Below, in pieces: positions 30,814 to 41,370 of a stretch of DNA of 64,000 nt; within the stretch, counting starts at the first letter, position 1, and every line of letters begins with the position of its first letter. The stretch comes from Candidatus Dormiibacterota bacterium (lineage in GTDB: Bacteria; Chloroflexota; Dormibacteria; Aeolococcales; Aeolococcaceae), in NCBI GenBank assembly GCA_963850385.1, contig CAWKKS010000001.1, forward strand, positions 1,774,877-1,838,876, written 5' to 3'. Under the pieces are notes generated by a model, which saw nothing but the letters and a program-made list of their open reading frames with translations, had not been told where the DNA came from and did not search any database. Both the position numbers and the translations under genes were made by a program.

Positions 30814-31209
30814 CTAGACCCGGCGCCGCTTGGGAGGCCGGCAGCCGTTGTGGGGGATCGGTGTGACGTCGGTGATCGCGGTGACCTCGAGGCCAGACGC
30901 CTGCAGGCTGCGGATGGCGGCCTCACGGCCGGCCCCAGGTCCCTTGACGAAGATCTCGATGCTCTTCAAACCGTGCTCCATGGCGCGACGAGCCGTGCTC
31001 TCCGCGGTGATCTGCGCCGCGAAGGGCGTGCTCTTGCGCGAGCCCTTGAAGCCCTGGCCGCCGGCCGAGCCCCAGGCGAGGACGTTGCCGGAGGGATCGG
31101 TGAGGCTGACGATGGTGTTGTTGAACGTGGCGAGCACGTGGGCGTGCCCGACGACCACGTTCTTGCGTTCGCGACGCCGGGTGCGGACGACCTTCTTCTT
31201 CTTGGCCAC
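30814..31209 (-). CDS. rpsK: 30S ribosomal protein S11
   Basis: [27 protein letters not shown]. Confidence 0.98.
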   Translation of the reverse strand: MAKKKKVVRTRRRERKNVVVGHAHVLATFNNTIVSLTDPSGNVLAWGSAGGQGFKGSRKSTPFAAQITAESTARRAMEHGLKSIEIFVKGPGAGREAAIRSLQASGLEVTAITDVTPIPHNGCRPPKRRRV

Positions 31210-31212
31210 GCT

Positions 31213-31593
31213 CTACTTCTTCTTGCGGCGCACGCCGACCGTCTTCTTGGGGCCGCGACGCGTGCGCGCGTTGGTGCGGGTGCGCTGACCGCGCACCGGC
31301 AGCCCGCGCCGGTGGCGCAGCCCGCGGTAGGTGCCGATCTCCATCAGCCGCTTGATGTTGAGCGCCACCTGGCGGCGCAGGTCACCCTCGACGCGACCCT
31401 GCAGCTGCTTGCTGATCAGGTCGCGCAGCTTGCCCACCTGGGCGTCGCTGAGGTCGCGGGTGCGGATGTCGGGAGAGACCTGGGCGAGCGTGAGCAGGCG
31501 CCGCGACGTCGTCGGCCCGATGCCGAAGATGTACGTCAGCGCGACCTCGATCCGCTTGTCGCGCGGGATGTCGATGCCGGCGATGCGTGCCAC
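31213..31593 (-). CDS. rpsM: 30S ribosomal protein S13
   Basis: [26 protein letters not shown]. Confidence 0.98.
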   Translation of the reverse strand: MARIAGIDIPRDKRIEVALTYIFGIGPTTSRRLLTLAQVSPDIRTRDLSDAQVGKLRDLISKQLQGRVEGDLRRQVALNIKRLMEIGTYRGLRHRRGLPVRGQRTRTNARTRRGPKKTVGVRRKKK

Positions 31594-31602
31594 GTGTCTC
31601 CT

Positions 31603-31719
31603 CTACCCCTGCCGCTGCTTGTGTTTCGGGTTGGCGTCGCAGATGACCCGGACCGCCCCGTGCCGCTTGATCACCTTGCAGTGGTCACACATCTTCTTGA
31701 CCGAGGCCCTGACCTTCAT
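31603..31719 (-). CDS. rpmJ: 50S ribosomal protein L36 (absent from ORF track)
   Basis: Manual translation [38 protein letters not shown]. Confidence 0.96.
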   Translation of the reverse strand: MKVRASVKKMCDHCKVIKRHGAVRVICDANPKHKQRQG

Positions 31720-31752
31720 CGCTGCTGCGCTGTCCCTTGTTCTGTGTCGCGG

Positions 31753-31959
31753 CTACGCGAGCCGCTGGAGGATGCGTCCCCGACCGGGATCGGCGGCGCT
31801 GAGTTCGACCTGCACCCTGTCGCCCGGCAGGATGCGGACCGCCTGGAGGCGCGCCTTTCCGGCCGGATGGCAGAGAACCCTGTGGCCGTCGTCCAGTTCG
31901 ACCCGGTAGAGCGAATCGGGTAGGGGCTCGATGACCCTCCCGATCAGGGGCTCAGCCAC
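31753..31959 (-). CDS. infA: Translation initiation factor IF-1, divergent
   Basis: GRVIEPLP...RVELDDGH.VLCH..GK.R...RILPGDRV.VEL...D..RGRI; canonical position before rpmJ. Confidence 0.85.
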   Translation of the reverse strand: MAEPLIGRVIEPLPDSLYRVELDDGHRVLCHPAGKARLQAVRILPGDRVQVELSAADPGRGRILQRLA

Positions 31960-32010
31960 GCCGCTGGTAGAGGCGTGCGGAATCTGGCTGTACGGCAGCC
32001 GCGACCGCCA

Positions 32011-32040
32011 AGTATACGGAAAGCCTCGGCGACACGGCAA
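32011..32040 (-). promoter_or_regulatory. Housekeeping-sigma promoter for infA-rpmJ-alpha operon
   Basis: TTGCCG-18 bp-TATACT. Confidence 0.7.
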
Positions 32041-32121
32041 ACCGCCGGGCCCCTCCGGGGCGTGGAGCACCACCCATGGCGGGGATCGTATCGCCCGGCG
32101 GCGCTACGACCCCCGCCTGCT

Positions 32122-33030
32122 TCAGGAGGCTTCGAGCAGCTCGGTCGCCGCGGGGGCGACCCGGTTGACACGCGCCACCAGCAGGACAAGGCCGGCGGCG
32201 ACGATCGCGCACGCCGCCGCCACGCCGATGGCAGCGGTGGGGACGCCGAGCAGCTTCAGCCCGGAGGCCAGGAGGACGACGCAGAGCGCCCCGCGGATGA
32301 GCCCGGTGCTGCCCCGGGACGACACCAGTGAGCCGGCGAGCACGCCGGGGATGGCGCCGATGACGATGGAGAGCGTCAGCGCCAGCCTGAAGTCGCCGAA
32401 GAGGACGTGCCCGAGGGCCGCCGCTCCGACCATGGGGATCGCCTGGGTCAGGTCGGTGCCGACGGTCTGCGACCCGCGCAGCCGGGGGTACACCATGAGC
32501 AGGGCCACCACGATCAGGGTGCCCGACCCCGTCGCGGTGATGCCGACGATGAAGCCGACGGTGAGCCCCACCAACGTGGTCGCGGCGCGGCGGACGTGGA
32601 GCGGGTCGCCGGGCGCCAGCTCGGCCCGGCGCGGGCCGGTGCGGTACCGGTCGACCAGCCAGCGTGCCGCCAGCGCCGAGACCGACAGCAGGAGGACCGA
32701 GCCGAGCGCCAGCTGGACGACGCTCTGCACTGCGGCCCCCTTGCCGAGCAGCTTGAGGAAGGTCACCCCGAGGAGAGCACCCGGCACGGACCCGAGGCTC
32801 AGCCAGAGCACCAGCGGCCACCGCACCGTGCGCTTGCCGACATGGACCATTGCGCCGATCGGCTTCATCAGCAGCGACGCCACCAGGTCGCTGGAGACCG
32901 CCGCAAGCGGCTGCACCCCGAAGAGCAGCACCAGGACCGGGGTCATCAGGGCGCCCCCGCCCATGCCGGTCAGGCCCACGGCGAAGCCGACGATCAGCCC
33001 CGCCAACGCGATATACAGGTCGATGTGCAC
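32122..33030 (-). CDS. TauE/SafE (TSUP) family sulfur-compound transporter
   Basis: VGLTGMGGGALMTP, AVSSDL, GITATGSG, VGTDLTQA; multiple TM helices. Confidence 0.88.
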   Translation of the reverse strand: MHIDLYIALAGLIVGFAVGLTGMGGGALMTPVLVLLFGVQPLAAVSSDLVASLLMKPIGAMVHVGKRTVRWPLVLWLSLGSVPGALLGVTFLKLLGKGAAVQSVVQLALGSVLLLSVSALAARWLVDRYRTGPRRAELAPGDPLHVRRAATTLVGLTVGFIVGITATGSGTLIVVALLMVYPRLRGSQTVGTDLTQAIPMVGAAALGHVLFGDFRLALTLSIVIGAIPGVLAGSLVSSRGSTGLIRGALCVVLLASGLKLLGVPTAAIGVAAACAIVAAGLVLLVARVNRVAPAATELLEAS

Positions 33031-33067
33031 CGGTGTCCCCCCTGCCCGCCCGCTTCTCTACCAATAT

Positions 33068-33120
33068 GGTCAAGTTGACCGAATAAGGCGAGTATATCGA
33101 GGGCCGAATCATCGCGTCAA
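33068..33120 (-). promoter_or_regulatory. tauE promoter with downstream palindromic operator
   Basis: TTGACG (33120-33115)-18 bp-TATACT (33096-33091); inverted repeat GGTCAA-n-TTGACC at 33068-33080. Confidence 0.7.
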
Positions 33121-33187
33121 GCGTCCATCTACGGGGGGCGTGTCAGCCTCGTCAGGGTCTCGTGGGATGCCCGCGGTGTCTGCCCGC

Positions 33188-33697
33188 TTACCCGCCCGCG
33201 GAGCCGCCGACGGCGATCGAGCTGAGCGGGGTGCCCGGCCGGTTGAGCTCGCTGTCCACGTACATCTGGGCCAGCTGGCGGACGGAGACGGGCAGGGTGC
33301 CACTGGCCAGCTCGGCCAGGCTGACGCACTCCAGAACTGAGCGGACGCTCGATCGCACCGCCATCCAGACCGTCTCGAGCGCTTCGGTCGGGCCACCGTA
33401 GCCCAGCTCGCGCAGGTGCGAGTCGCGCAGGTTGACCAGCGGTCCATCGATGACCCGCATCACGTCGGCGAGGGTGATCTGGTCGGCCGGGCGGGCCAGC
33501 TCGTAGCCGCCCTCCGTCCCCCGCCGGCTCCGCAGCAGGTGTCCCCTGGTCAGCTCGCGGAGGATGCCGAGCAGGAAGCTCAGCGGGATCTCCTGGGCGC
33601 GCGCGATGTGGTCGGCTTTGACCGGCTCCGTGCCTCCCTCAGCAGCCAGCTGAGCCATGGCGCGCAGCGCGTAGTCCACCTTGGCGGAGACCCTCAC
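33188..33697 (-). CDS. Rrf2 family transcriptional regulator without the Fe-S Cys triad
   Basis: SAKVDYALRA, SRRG.EGGY.LARP, VIDGPL; only one Cys. Confidence 0.9.
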   Translation of the reverse strand: MRVSAKVDYALRAMAQLAAEGGTEPVKADHIARAQEIPLSFLLGILRELTRGHLLRSRRGTEGGYELARPADQITLADVMRVIDGPLVNLRDSHLRELGYGGPTEALETVWMAVRSSVRSVLECVSLAELASGTLPVSVRQLAQMYVDSELNRPGTPLSSIAVGGSAGG

Positions 33698-33755
33698 GGG
33701 GAACAGTGTGCGCCAGCCAGGGCCGGGCGGGGACGGTCAGCGCCCCCGCGCCGCC

Positions 33756-34538
33756 TCAGTCGACGGCGGAGAGGGCGGGTCGGAGGGTGAGGACCTCGGG
33801 ACCGTCCTCGGTTACCGCCACGGTGTGCTCGGAGTAGCAGGACAGCTTGCCGTCGACGGTCACCACCGTCCAGCCGTCAGCCAGGACGCGGACCTGCGGA
33901 CCACCGACGTTGACCATCGGCTCGATGGCGAGCACGTAGCCGGGCTTGATGACGTTCCCGGTGCCCGGCTGGCCGTGGTTGGGCACCTGCGGTGGCTCGT
34001 GCATGTTGCGGCCGATCCCGTGGCCGACGTAATCGCGCACCAGCGAGTACCCCTCACCCTCCGCATAGGTCTGGACCGCGTGGCCGATGTCGCCGATGGT
34101 GTTGCCCGGCCGGGCCATGGCGATGCCGCGCTCGAGCGCCTCCCGGGTGACCTCGATGAGCCGGGCCACCTCGGGGCTCGGTTCGCCACATGCCACCGAC
34201 AGTCCGCTGTCCGCCCACCAGCCGTCGAGGATCAGGCCGCAGTCGAGCGAGACGAGGTCGCCGTCCTCGATGACCCGCGGCCCCGGGATGCCGTGGACGA
34301 CCTCGTCGTTGACCGACACGCAGAGCGAGTTGGGGTAGTCCTGGTAGCCGAGGAACCCGGGGATGCAGCCGTGGTCACGGATGAACGTGTCCGCCTCGCG
34401 GTCGAGGTCGAGCGTGGTGATGCCGGCGCGCACCTTGGCCGCGAGGTGGGCGAGGCACTCCCCGAGGATCCGCCCGGAGACGCGCATCTTCTCGATCTCC
34501 TCGGGGCGCTTGAGGCGGAAGGCCTCGACCCGTGCCAC
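33756..34538 (-). CDS. map: Methionine aminopeptidase type I
   Basis: SVNDEVVHGIP, GHGIG..MHE.P, AIEPM, EHTV. Confidence 0.96.
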   Translation of the reverse strand: MARVEAFRLKRPEEIEKMRVSGRILGECLAHLAAKVRAGITTLDLDREADTFIRDHGCIPGFLGYQDYPNSLCVSVNDEVVHGIPGPRVIEDGDLVSLDCGLILDGWWADSGLSVACGEPSPEVARLIEVTREALERGIAMARPGNTIGDIGHAVQTYAEGEGYSLVRDYVGHGIGRNMHEPPQVPNHGQPGTGNVIKPGYVLAIEPMVNVGGPQVRVLADGWTVVTVDGKLSCYSEHTVAVTEDGPEVLTLRPALSAVD

Positions 34539-34539
34539 C

Positions 34540-35130
34540 TCAGGCGACCTCACCGGGGGGCAGCTGGCCACCGAAGATGGTGAGGATCAACTCGGTCACG
34601 GCCTCGATGGGCAGGTTGCCGTTGACGTACTCGATGCGCGTCCCCCGCCGCTCGTAGTAGCCGACCACCGGCGCGGTCTTCTCCTCGTACACGCGCATGC
34701 GTTCGATGTACGCGGTCGGGCTGTCGTCGGCGCGGTGGTCGACCTCGGCGCGATGAGCGATCCGCTTGCGGAGCTCACCCTCGGGGACGTCGAAGAACAG
34801 CACCACGCCGATCTCACGACCGGTGCGCTCGAGCATGACGTCGAGCTCCTCTGCCTGCGGGACGGTGCGCGGGAAGCCGTCGAGCAGCACGCCGCGCGAG
34901 GCGTCGGGCTGTGCGATGCGATTCTCGATGACCCGCACCATCATGTCGTCGGGGATGAGCCCGCCGCTGCTCATGATCGGCTCGACCTCGCGTCCCAGCT
35001 CCGACCCCGCGGCCACCTCGTCACGGAGCATCTGCCCGGTGCCGACATGGGGCAGGCCGAAGCGCTCGGAGATGATCGCCGCCTGGGTGCCCTTGCCGCT
35101 CCCCGGCGGGCCGAACAGGATGGTGATCAC
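34540..35130 (-). CDS. adk: Adenylate kinase (short-LID type)
   Basis: GPPGSGKGTQA, LDGFPRT, RADD; GTGA overlap with secY. Confidence 0.95.
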   Translation of the reverse strand: MITILFGPPGSGKGTQAAIISERFGLPHVGTGQMLRDEVAAGSELGREVEPIMSSGGLIPDDMMVRVIENRIAQPDASRGVLLDGFPRTVPQAEELDVMLERTGREIGVVLFFDVPEGELRKRIAHRAEVDHRADDSPTAYIERMRVYEEKTAPVVGYYERRGTRIEYVNGNLPIEAVTELILTIFGGQLPPGEVA

Positions 35131-36470
35131 CTGATGAAGCCCTTGTACTGGCGCATCAGCAGCTGGGTCTCGATCTGCTTCATGGTGTCGAGCGCGACGC
35201 CGACCACGATGAGTATCGCCGTGCCCCCCAGGTAGAGGCTGGTGGGGTCGGCGCGCGTCGCGAACGCTGTGAACAGCGGCAGGACGACGGTGATCACGGC
35301 GAGGAACAGCGCCCCGGCCAGGGTGATGCGCCCCATGACCCGGCCCAGGTACTCCGCCGTGCTCCGCCCCGGTCTGATCCCGGGGATGAACGTCGACTGT
35401 TTCTTGAGGTTGTCGGCGACGTCGTTGGGGTCGAACACGACGGCCGTGTAGAAGTACGTGAACCCGAGGATGAGCAGGAAGTAGAGGCCGTTGTAGAGCA
35501 CGTTGATGTACCACTTGGGCCCGTTCGGCTGCCAGTTGGCGGTGATCCACGAGGAGGCGTTGCCGAGGAAGCCGCCCGCGCTGGCGAAGAGGTTGGCGAA
35601 GATCGTCGGGAAGAACATGATCGACAGCGCGAAGATGATCGGGATGACGCCCGCAGTGTTGATGCGCAGCGGCAGGAAGTTGCGCCGTCCCTGCTGCGCC
35701 GCCCCGGTGCGTGGGTTGAGCACCCGCTGGGCGGACTGCACCGGCACCTTCCTCTGTGCCTGCTGCACCGCGATGATCCCCGCCGTGACCACCAGCGCGA
35801 TCACGGCGACGCCGATGATCTGGATGACGTGGGTGCCGCCGGTGGTGCCGTAATCACCGATCGAGGGGATGACCCTCGCGATGATGCCGGTGAAGATGAT
35901 CAGCGACACCCCGTTGCCGACGCCGTACTCGGTGATCAGCTCGCCGAGCCACATGGCGATGATCGTCCCCGCCACCAGGGTCAGGACGATGCCGATCTCC
36001 TGGGTGGTGGTGGCGTTGGGGATGATGGCCTGGGGCTGGCCGTTGATGGTCACCGCGTTGGGGTTGGTGAACAACGCGAGGAATCCCCAGCCCTGGAGCG
36101 CGGCGAGCGGGACGGTCAACCAGCGCGTGTAGCGTGTGATCTTCTTGCGGCCCTGCTCGCCTTCCTTGCTGAGCTCCTTGAGCCGCACCGAGACCACGGT
36201 CATCAGCTGCATGATGATGGTGGCGTTGATGTAGGGATTGAGGCCCTCGGCCACGATCGTGAAGCGCTGCAGGCCCCCGCCCCCGACGAGGTTGAAGAGG
36301 CCGAGCAGCGAGTTGCTGCTGAACAGGGCCTGGAGCGCCTTGGGATCGGCTCCGGGGATCGAGACGTTGGCGAGCACCCGGAAGGCGAGCACCAGGCCGA
36401 TGGTGATCACCAGCTTCCTGCGCAGCTCGGGGATGCGCATCGCCTGGCCGAGCGCCTGCAGCAGGTTCAC
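35127..36470 (-). CDS. secY: Preprotein translocase SecY
   Basis: PYINATIIMQL, GVGNGVSLIIF, FIPGIRPG, GGTAILIVVGV. Confidence 0.97.
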   Translation of the reverse strand: MNLLQALGQAMRIPELRRKLVITIGLVLAFRVLANVSIPGADPKALQALFSSNSLLGLFNLVGGGGLQRFTIVAEGLNPYINATIIMQLMTVVSVRLKELSKEGEQGRKKITRYTRWLTVPLAALQGWGFLALFTNPNAVTINGQPQAIIPNATTTQEIGIVLTLVAGTIIAMWLGELITEYGVGNGVSLIIFTGIIARVIPSIGDYGTTGGTHVIQIIGVAVIALVVTAGIIAVQQAQRKVPVQSAQRVLNPRTGAAQQGRRNFLPLRINTAGVIPIIFALSIMFFPTIFANLFASAGGFLGNASSWITANWQPNGPKWYINVLYNGLYFLLILGFTYFYTAVVFDPNDVADNLKKQSTFIPGIRPGRSTAEYLGRVMGRITLAGALFLAVITVVLPLFTAFATRADPTSLYLGGTAILIVVGVALDTMKQIETQLLMRQYKGFIR

Positions 36471-36985
36471 GCCTGTGGCTGCTCCTGCGCCTCTGGTTGC
36501 TGCTCCGGGTCGGCGTCATCCGCACTCGCCGGCGCCGGCTGCTCGAGCAGGTCGACGCGACCACCGGCGGCCTCGACCGCCCGGCGGGCCGCTCCCGATG
36601 CCCGGTGCACGCGCACCTGCACCGCCACCTTGACGCGGCCGGCGGCGAGCAGCTTGACCGGCGCGTCGGCGCCCGAGACCAGGCCGGCGGCGGCCAATGC
36701 GGCGCCGTCAACGATGGCATCGCGCTCGAAGCGGTTGAGCTTGCTGAGGTTGACCACCTCGTACTCGCGCCGGAACCGGTTGTGGAAGCCGCGCAGCTTG
36801 GGCAGCCGCATCGACTGCTTCATCTGGCCGCCCTCGAAACCGGTGGGGACGCTGTTGCTCTCGCGCGAGCCCTGGCCCTTCTGCCCGCGCCCCGAGGTCT
36901 TGCCCTGCCCGGCCGAGATACCGCGGCCCACCCGGGTGCGCTTGGTGCGGCTGCCGGGAGCGGGCTTGAGGTCGTGCAGCCTCAC
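36467..36985 (-). CDS. rplO: 50S ribosomal protein L15 (acidic C-terminal tail)
   Basis: RVGRG...[17 protein letters not shown]. Confidence 0.97.
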   Translation of the reverse strand: MRLHDLKPAPGSRTKRTRVGRGISAGQGKTSGRGQKGQGSRESNSVPTGFEGGQMKQSMRLPKLRGFHNRFRREYEVVNLSKLNRFERDAIVDGAALAAAGLVSGADAPVKLLAAGRVKVAVQVRVHRASGAARRAVEAAGGRVDLLEQPAPASADDADPEQQPEAQEQPQA

Positions 36986-37221
36986 GACTCCCCCTCCCCG
37001 CTCGGCCGTGCCAGCACCGCCATGCCCTCGGGCGTGTCGGCGGGGATGCCCTCGACGCTCACCAGGTGGCGCACCTTGTGCACCATCCCGCGGATCGACG
37101 AGGTGTTCTGGTGCTCGACGCTGTGGTTGAGCTTGCGCAACCCGAGCGCGGCCAGCGTCGCCTTCTGGTCCTTGGCGTAGCCGATCATGCTCTTGCGGTA
37201 GGTGACGCGCAGCGTGCTCAT
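36982..37221 (-). CDS. rpmD: 50S ribosomal protein L30
   Basis: KSMIG...[23 protein letters not shown]. Confidence 0.95.
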   Translation of the reverse strand: MSTLRVTYRKSMIGYAKDQKATLAALGLRKLNHSVEHQNTSSIRGMVHKVRHLVSVEGIPADTPEGMAVLARPSGEGES

Positions 37222-37790
37222 GCGCTCACCGGCTGCGGCGCGGCAGCGTTCTCGCCGAGCATCTCGGCGGCGCGCCGCCGGCCCACCATGCGCTCGGGGT
37301 CGAGCCCGCGCAGGCTGGCGACGTCGCGGAGGGTGCGCATGCTGGCCAGCGCCGCGATGGTGGCGCGCACCACGTTGATGGGGTTGTCGGTGCCCAGCGA
37401 CTTGGTGAGGATGTCGTGGATGCCGGCGGCCTCGACGACGGCGCGCATCGAGCTGCCACTGATGACCCCGGTCCCGGGCACGGCCGGCTTGAGCAGCACC
37501 TTGGCTGCGCCCAGCTTGTAGTGCACCTCGTGGGGGATGGTGGTGCCCACCATGGGCACGGTGATCATGTGCTTGCGGGCGTCGTCGACGCCCTTGCGGA
37601 TGGCGTCGGGCACCTCACCCGCCTTGCCGAGCCCGGCGCCGACCCGGCCGGCGCCGTCGCCGACGACGACCAGCGCGCTGAACGAGAACCGGCGACCGCC
37701 CTTGACCACCTTGGCGACCCGGTTGAGGGAGACGATCTTCTCCTGCAGGTCGCCGGCGCGATCGTCGCGACGGTCCATGCGCATTGCCAT
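37218..37790 (-). CDS. rpsE: 30S ribosomal protein S5
   Basis: [22 protein letters not shown]. Confidence 0.98.
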   Translation of the reverse strand: MAMRMDRRDDRAGDLQEKIVSLNRVAKVVKGGRRFSFSALVVVGDGAGRVGAGLGKAGEVPDAIRKGVDDARKHMITVPMVGTTIPHEVHYKLGAAKVLLKPAVPGTGVISGSSMRAVVEAAGIHDILTKSLGTDNPINVVRATIAALASMRTLRDVASLRGLDPERMVGRRRAAEMLGENAAAPQPVSA

Positions 37791-37792
37791 GG

Positions 37793-38167
37793 CTAGAACT
37801 CCAGTCCCGCTTCGCGGGCAGCGTCGGCGAGGGCCTTGACCCTGCCGTGGTAGAGGTATCCGCCGCGGTCGAACACGACAGCGGTGACACCCTTGTCCCG
37901 GGCGCGCTCGGCGATCACCCGGCCCACCACCGCTGCCCCGGCCGAGGACGCGTTGCCTTTGCCGCCGAGCTCCTTGCGGACGTCGGCGTCGTGGGTCGAG
38001 GCGGCGGCCAGCGTGTGGCCGGCAGCGTCGTCGATGAGCTGCACGGTGATGTGGTGGAGGCTGCGGAAGACCGCCAGGCGCGGGCGCGCCGCGGCACCAT
38101 GCACGCGCTTGCGCACGCGCCGGTGGCGGCGGTCTCGGGCGGCACGACGATCGAACTTGGTGTGCAT
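37793..38167 (-). CDS. rplR: 50S ribosomal protein L18
   Basis: [23 protein letters not shown]. Confidence 0.97.
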   Translation of the reverse strand: MHTKFDRRAARDRRHRRVRKRVHGAAARPRLAVFRSLHHITVQLIDDAAGHTLAAASTHDADVRKELGGKGNASSAGAAVVGRVIAERARDKGVTAVVFDRGGYLYHGRVKALADAAREAGLEF

Positions 38168-38169
38168 GA

Positions 38170-38721
38170 CTACTTGCCCTTCCCGGCCTTGCCGGACTTG
38201 CCCGCCTTGCGCCGGATCACCTCGCCCCTGTACATCACGCCCTTGCCCTTGTACGGCTCGGGCTTGCGGAAGGAGCGGATCTTGGCGGCCACCTGGCCGA
38301 CGATCTCCTTGTTGGTGCCGCTCACGGTCACCTGGGTGGGCACCGGCACATCGATGGTGACCCCGTCTGGCGGCGTGTAGCGGATGGGGTGCGAGTACCC
38401 GAGGCTGAGCACCAGGTCGTTGCCCTGCTTGGCGGCGCGGAAGCCGACGCCGACGAGGTCGAGCTGGCGGGTGAACCCCTGGCTGACGCCCTCGACCATG
38501 TTGGCCACGAGCGTGCGCGTCAGACCATGCAGGGAGCGATGCGTGGTGGTCTCGGTGGGACGGCGCACGCTGATGACACCGTCGGTGACCTCGATGATCA
38601 TCGACGGCGGCAGGCTGCGCTCGAGGGTGCCACGCGAGCCGGTCACGGTGATGTGGCTACCCGCGAGGGTGACCTCGACGCCGCTGGGCACTGTGATGGG
38701 GAGCTTGCCGATCCTGGACAT
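38170..38721 (-). CDS. rplF: 50S ribosomal protein L6
   Basis: [17 protein letters not shown]. Confidence 0.98.
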   Translation of the reverse strand: MSRIGKLPITVPSGVEVTLAGSHITVTGSRGTLERSLPPSMIIEVTDGVISVRRPTETTTHRSLHGLTRTLVANMVEGVSQGFTRQLDLVGVGFRAAKQGNDLVLSLGYSHPIRYTPPDGVTIDVPVPTQVTVSGTNKEIVGQVAAKIRSFRKPEPYKGKGVMYRGEVIRRKAGKSGKAGKGK

Positions 38722-38726
38722 CGCGG

Positions 38727-39122
<396 letters not shown>

Positions 39123-39128
39123 GGCCGT

Positions 39129-39314
39129 CTACCAGGAGCTCTTCTTGACGCCGGGGATCTGTCCCTGCGAGGCCATGCCCCTGAAACAGACGCGGCACAT
39201 GCCGAACTTGCGCATGTAGGCGCGCGGCCGGCCGCACACCCCGCAGCGGTTGTGCTGCTGGCTGGCGAACCGCGCCGGGCGCAGCGACTTGGCGATCAAC
39301 GACTTCTTGGCCAC
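39129..39314 (-). CDS. rpsN: 30S ribosomal protein S14, type Z
   Basis: 61 aa, CGVCGR...CRVC. Confidence 0.97.
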   Translation of the reverse strand: MAKKSLIAKSLRPARFASQQHNRCGVCGRPRAYMRKFGMCRVCFRGMASQGQIPGVKKSSW

Positions 39315-39325
39315 TGTTTACCTCT

Positions 39326-39362
39326 CCACGCCGTATCCGGGGGAGGCCCCGGACGCACGCGG
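39326..39362 (-). promoter_or_regulatory. mRNA hairpin resembling the 16S h21 uS8-binding site
   Basis: CCGCGU-GCGUC-CGGGG(CCUC)CCCCG-GAUACG-GCGUGG; 3' arm overlaps the rpsN SD (GGAGAGGU). Confidence 0.6.
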
Positions 39363-39370
39363 CATTCCAA

Positions 39371-39943
39371 TCACTGTTGTCCCGGCTTGCGGAACGGCAT
39401 CCCGCAGGCGGCCAGGAGCGCGCGCCCCTCATCGTCGGTGCGGGCTGTCGTCACGATGCAGATCTCGAGCCCGCGGAGCTTGTCGATCTTGTCGAAGTCG
39501 ATCTCGGGGAAGACCAGCTGCTCGCGGAGGCCCAGGGTGTAGTTGCCGTGGCCGTCGAAGGCCTTGGGATCGATGCCGCGGAAGTCGCGGATGCGCGGCA
39601 GCGTCACGCTCACCACCTTGTCGAGGAACTCCCACATGCGCCGCCCGCGCAGGGTCACCTTGACGCCGATCGGCATCCCCTCGCGCAGCTTGAACGCAGC
39701 CACCGACTTCTTGGCGCGGATGACGATCGGTGACTGGCCGGTGATGGTCTTGAGGTCGTTGACCGCGGCGTCGATGGCGCGCCCGTTCTGGATCGCCTCG
39801 CCAAGGCCGATGTTGACCACGATCTTCTCGACGCGGGGCACCTGCATGGCGTTGCGGTAGCGGAAGTCGCGGACCAGGGTGGGGACGATCTCGTCCTGAT
39901 AGCGCTGGCGGAGGCGGGGAAGCTCGGCGGCGGCGGTGACCAT
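39371..39943 (-). CDS. rplE: 50S ribosomal protein L5
   Basis: [26 protein letters not shown]. Confidence 0.98.
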   Translation of the reverse strand: MVTAAAELPRLRQRYQDEIVPTLVRDFRYRNAMQVPRVEKIVVNIGLGEAIQNGRAIDAAVNDLKTITGQSPIVIRAKKSVAAFKLREGMPIGVKVTLRGRRMWEFLDKVVSVTLPRIRDFRGIDPKAFDGHGNYTLGLREQLVFPEIDFDKIDKLRGLEICIVTTARTDDEGRALLAACGMPFRKPGQQ

Positions 39944-40344
39944 CAGCTCTCGTTCCTCACGTAGATCTCGTCGCACTTCTTGCAGACGATCGGCAGGGTG
40001 CCGTCGGGCTGGGCGACGCGCGCGATCCTGGTCGGCTTGTCGCAGCGGTTGCAGACGAGCAGGACGTTGCCGTAGGCGATCGGCGCGTTGAAGTCGATGA
40101 TGCCGCCCTGGATGTTGCCGGCCACGCCCGACTTGGTGTGCCGCTTGAGGCGGTTGACCCCCTCGACGACGATCCGCTGGGTGCTGGGAATGGTGCGCAC
40201 CACCGTGCCGCGCTTGCCCTTGTCCTTGCCGGCGATCACCTCGACGGTGTCCCCGGCGCGGATGTCGAGCAGGCGGGCGCGGCCCTGCGCCCAGCCGCGG
40301 TGGCGCAGGCCGATGCGCGTGCGCCGCTCGGTCTTGGCGCTCAT
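39943..40344 (-). CDS. rplX: 50S ribosomal protein L24 (N-terminal extension; CxxC..CxxC)
   Basis: [21 protein letters not shown]. Confidence 0.96.
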   Translation of the reverse strand: MSAKTERRTRIGLRHRGWAQGRARLLDIRAGDTVEVIAGKDKGKRGTVVRTIPSTQRIVVEGVNRLKRHTKSGVAGNIQGGIIDFNAPIAYGNVLLVCNRCDKPTRIARVAQPDGTLPIVCKKCDEIYVRNES

Positions 40345-40712
40345 CACAGCACCTCCGGGGCAAGGCTGACGATCTTCATGAAGTTGCGCTCGCGCAGCTC
40401 GCGGGCCACCGGGCCGAAGATGCGCGTGCCGCGCGGGCTGTTGTTCGGCTGGATCAACACCGCCGCGTTCTCATCGAAGCGGATGTTGCTGCCGTCGGGG
40501 CGGTGGTACTCCTTGACGGTGCGCACCACCACGGCGCGGACCACGTCACCCTTCTTCACCTGCGCGTTGGGCTGGGCGACCTTGACGGTGCCGATGATCA
40601 CGTCACCCACCGAGGCGTACTTGCGGTAGCTGCCCCCGAGCACGCGGATGCAGAGGATCTCGCGGGCACCGCTGTTGTCCGCCACCTTGAGGACGGATTC
40701 CTGCTGGATCAC
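40344..40712 (-). CDS. rplN: 50S ribosomal protein L14
   Basis: [20 protein letters not shown]. Confidence 0.98.
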   Translation of the reverse strand: MIQQESVLKVADNSGAREILCIRVLGGSYRKYASVGDVIIGTVKVAQPNAQVKKGDVVRAVVVRTVKEYHRPDGSNIRFDENAAVLIQPNNSPRGTRIFGPVARELRERNFMKIVSLAPEVL

Positions 40713-40990
40713 TACTTGGCCTTCTCCAGCACGGCGGAGATCCGCCAGCGCTTCTCCTTGGACAGCGGGCGCGTCTCGACGATGCGCACGCGGTCGCCGA
40801 TGCCCGACTCGTTGACCTCGTCGTGCACCTTGAAGCGGCGGTTGATGCGCACCACCTTCTTGTAGAGGGCGTGCGGCTTCTGGTCCTGGACGAGGACGAT
40901 GCGCGTCTTCTCCATCTTGTCGCTGACCACAACTCCCTCGCGCACCTTGCGACGCGCGCGGACAGCGGCCTGGGCCGGCTCTGTGCTCAT
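40712..40990 (-). CDS. rpsQ: 30S ribosomal protein S17
   Basis: [22 protein letters not shown]. Confidence 0.97.
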   Translation of the reverse strand: MSTEPAQAAVRARRKVREGVVVSDKMEKTRIVLVQDQKPHALYKKVVRINRRFKVHDEVNESGIGDRVRIVETRPLSKEKRWRISAVLEKAK

Positions 40991-41370
40991 GTGCTTTCCT
41001 CGTCGGCTTCCGCCGTGACGTCTGCGGTGTCCGCCGCTTCCGCCGGTGCCGCCGCGGCGACCTCGACCGGCTTGCGGGTGCGGCGCTTCACCGGGGCGGC
41101 CGCCGGCTGACTGCGGCCCGCCTTGACCGGCGTGCGCGGGGCCGGGGCCGGCTCGCCGCGCTCGGCGGCAAGGCGGATCTCCACCTGCACGGTCATGGTG
41201 CGGGCGATCTCCTTGCGGATGGCGCGGATCTGGCGATGGTTCTCGACCTGGCCGATGGTCTGCTGGAGGCGCACCTGGAAGAGCTGGCCGCGCTGCTCGC
41301 GCAGGTGCGCGGCCAGCTCGTCGCCACTCAGGGCGCGGAGGTTGTCGAGGGCGACGGCACGCACGGTCAT
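40987..41370 (-). CDS. rpmC: 50S ribosomal protein L29 with long C-terminal extension
   Basis: [24 protein letters not shown], then a ~60-aa Ala/Pro/Lys/Glu tail. Confidence 0.93.
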   Translation of the reverse strand: MTVRAVALDNLRALSGDELAAHLREQRGQLFQVRLQQTIGQVENHRQIRAIRKEIARTMTVQVEIRLAAERGEPAPAPRTPVKAGRSQPAAAPVKRRTRKPVEVAAAAPAEAADTADVTAEADEEST

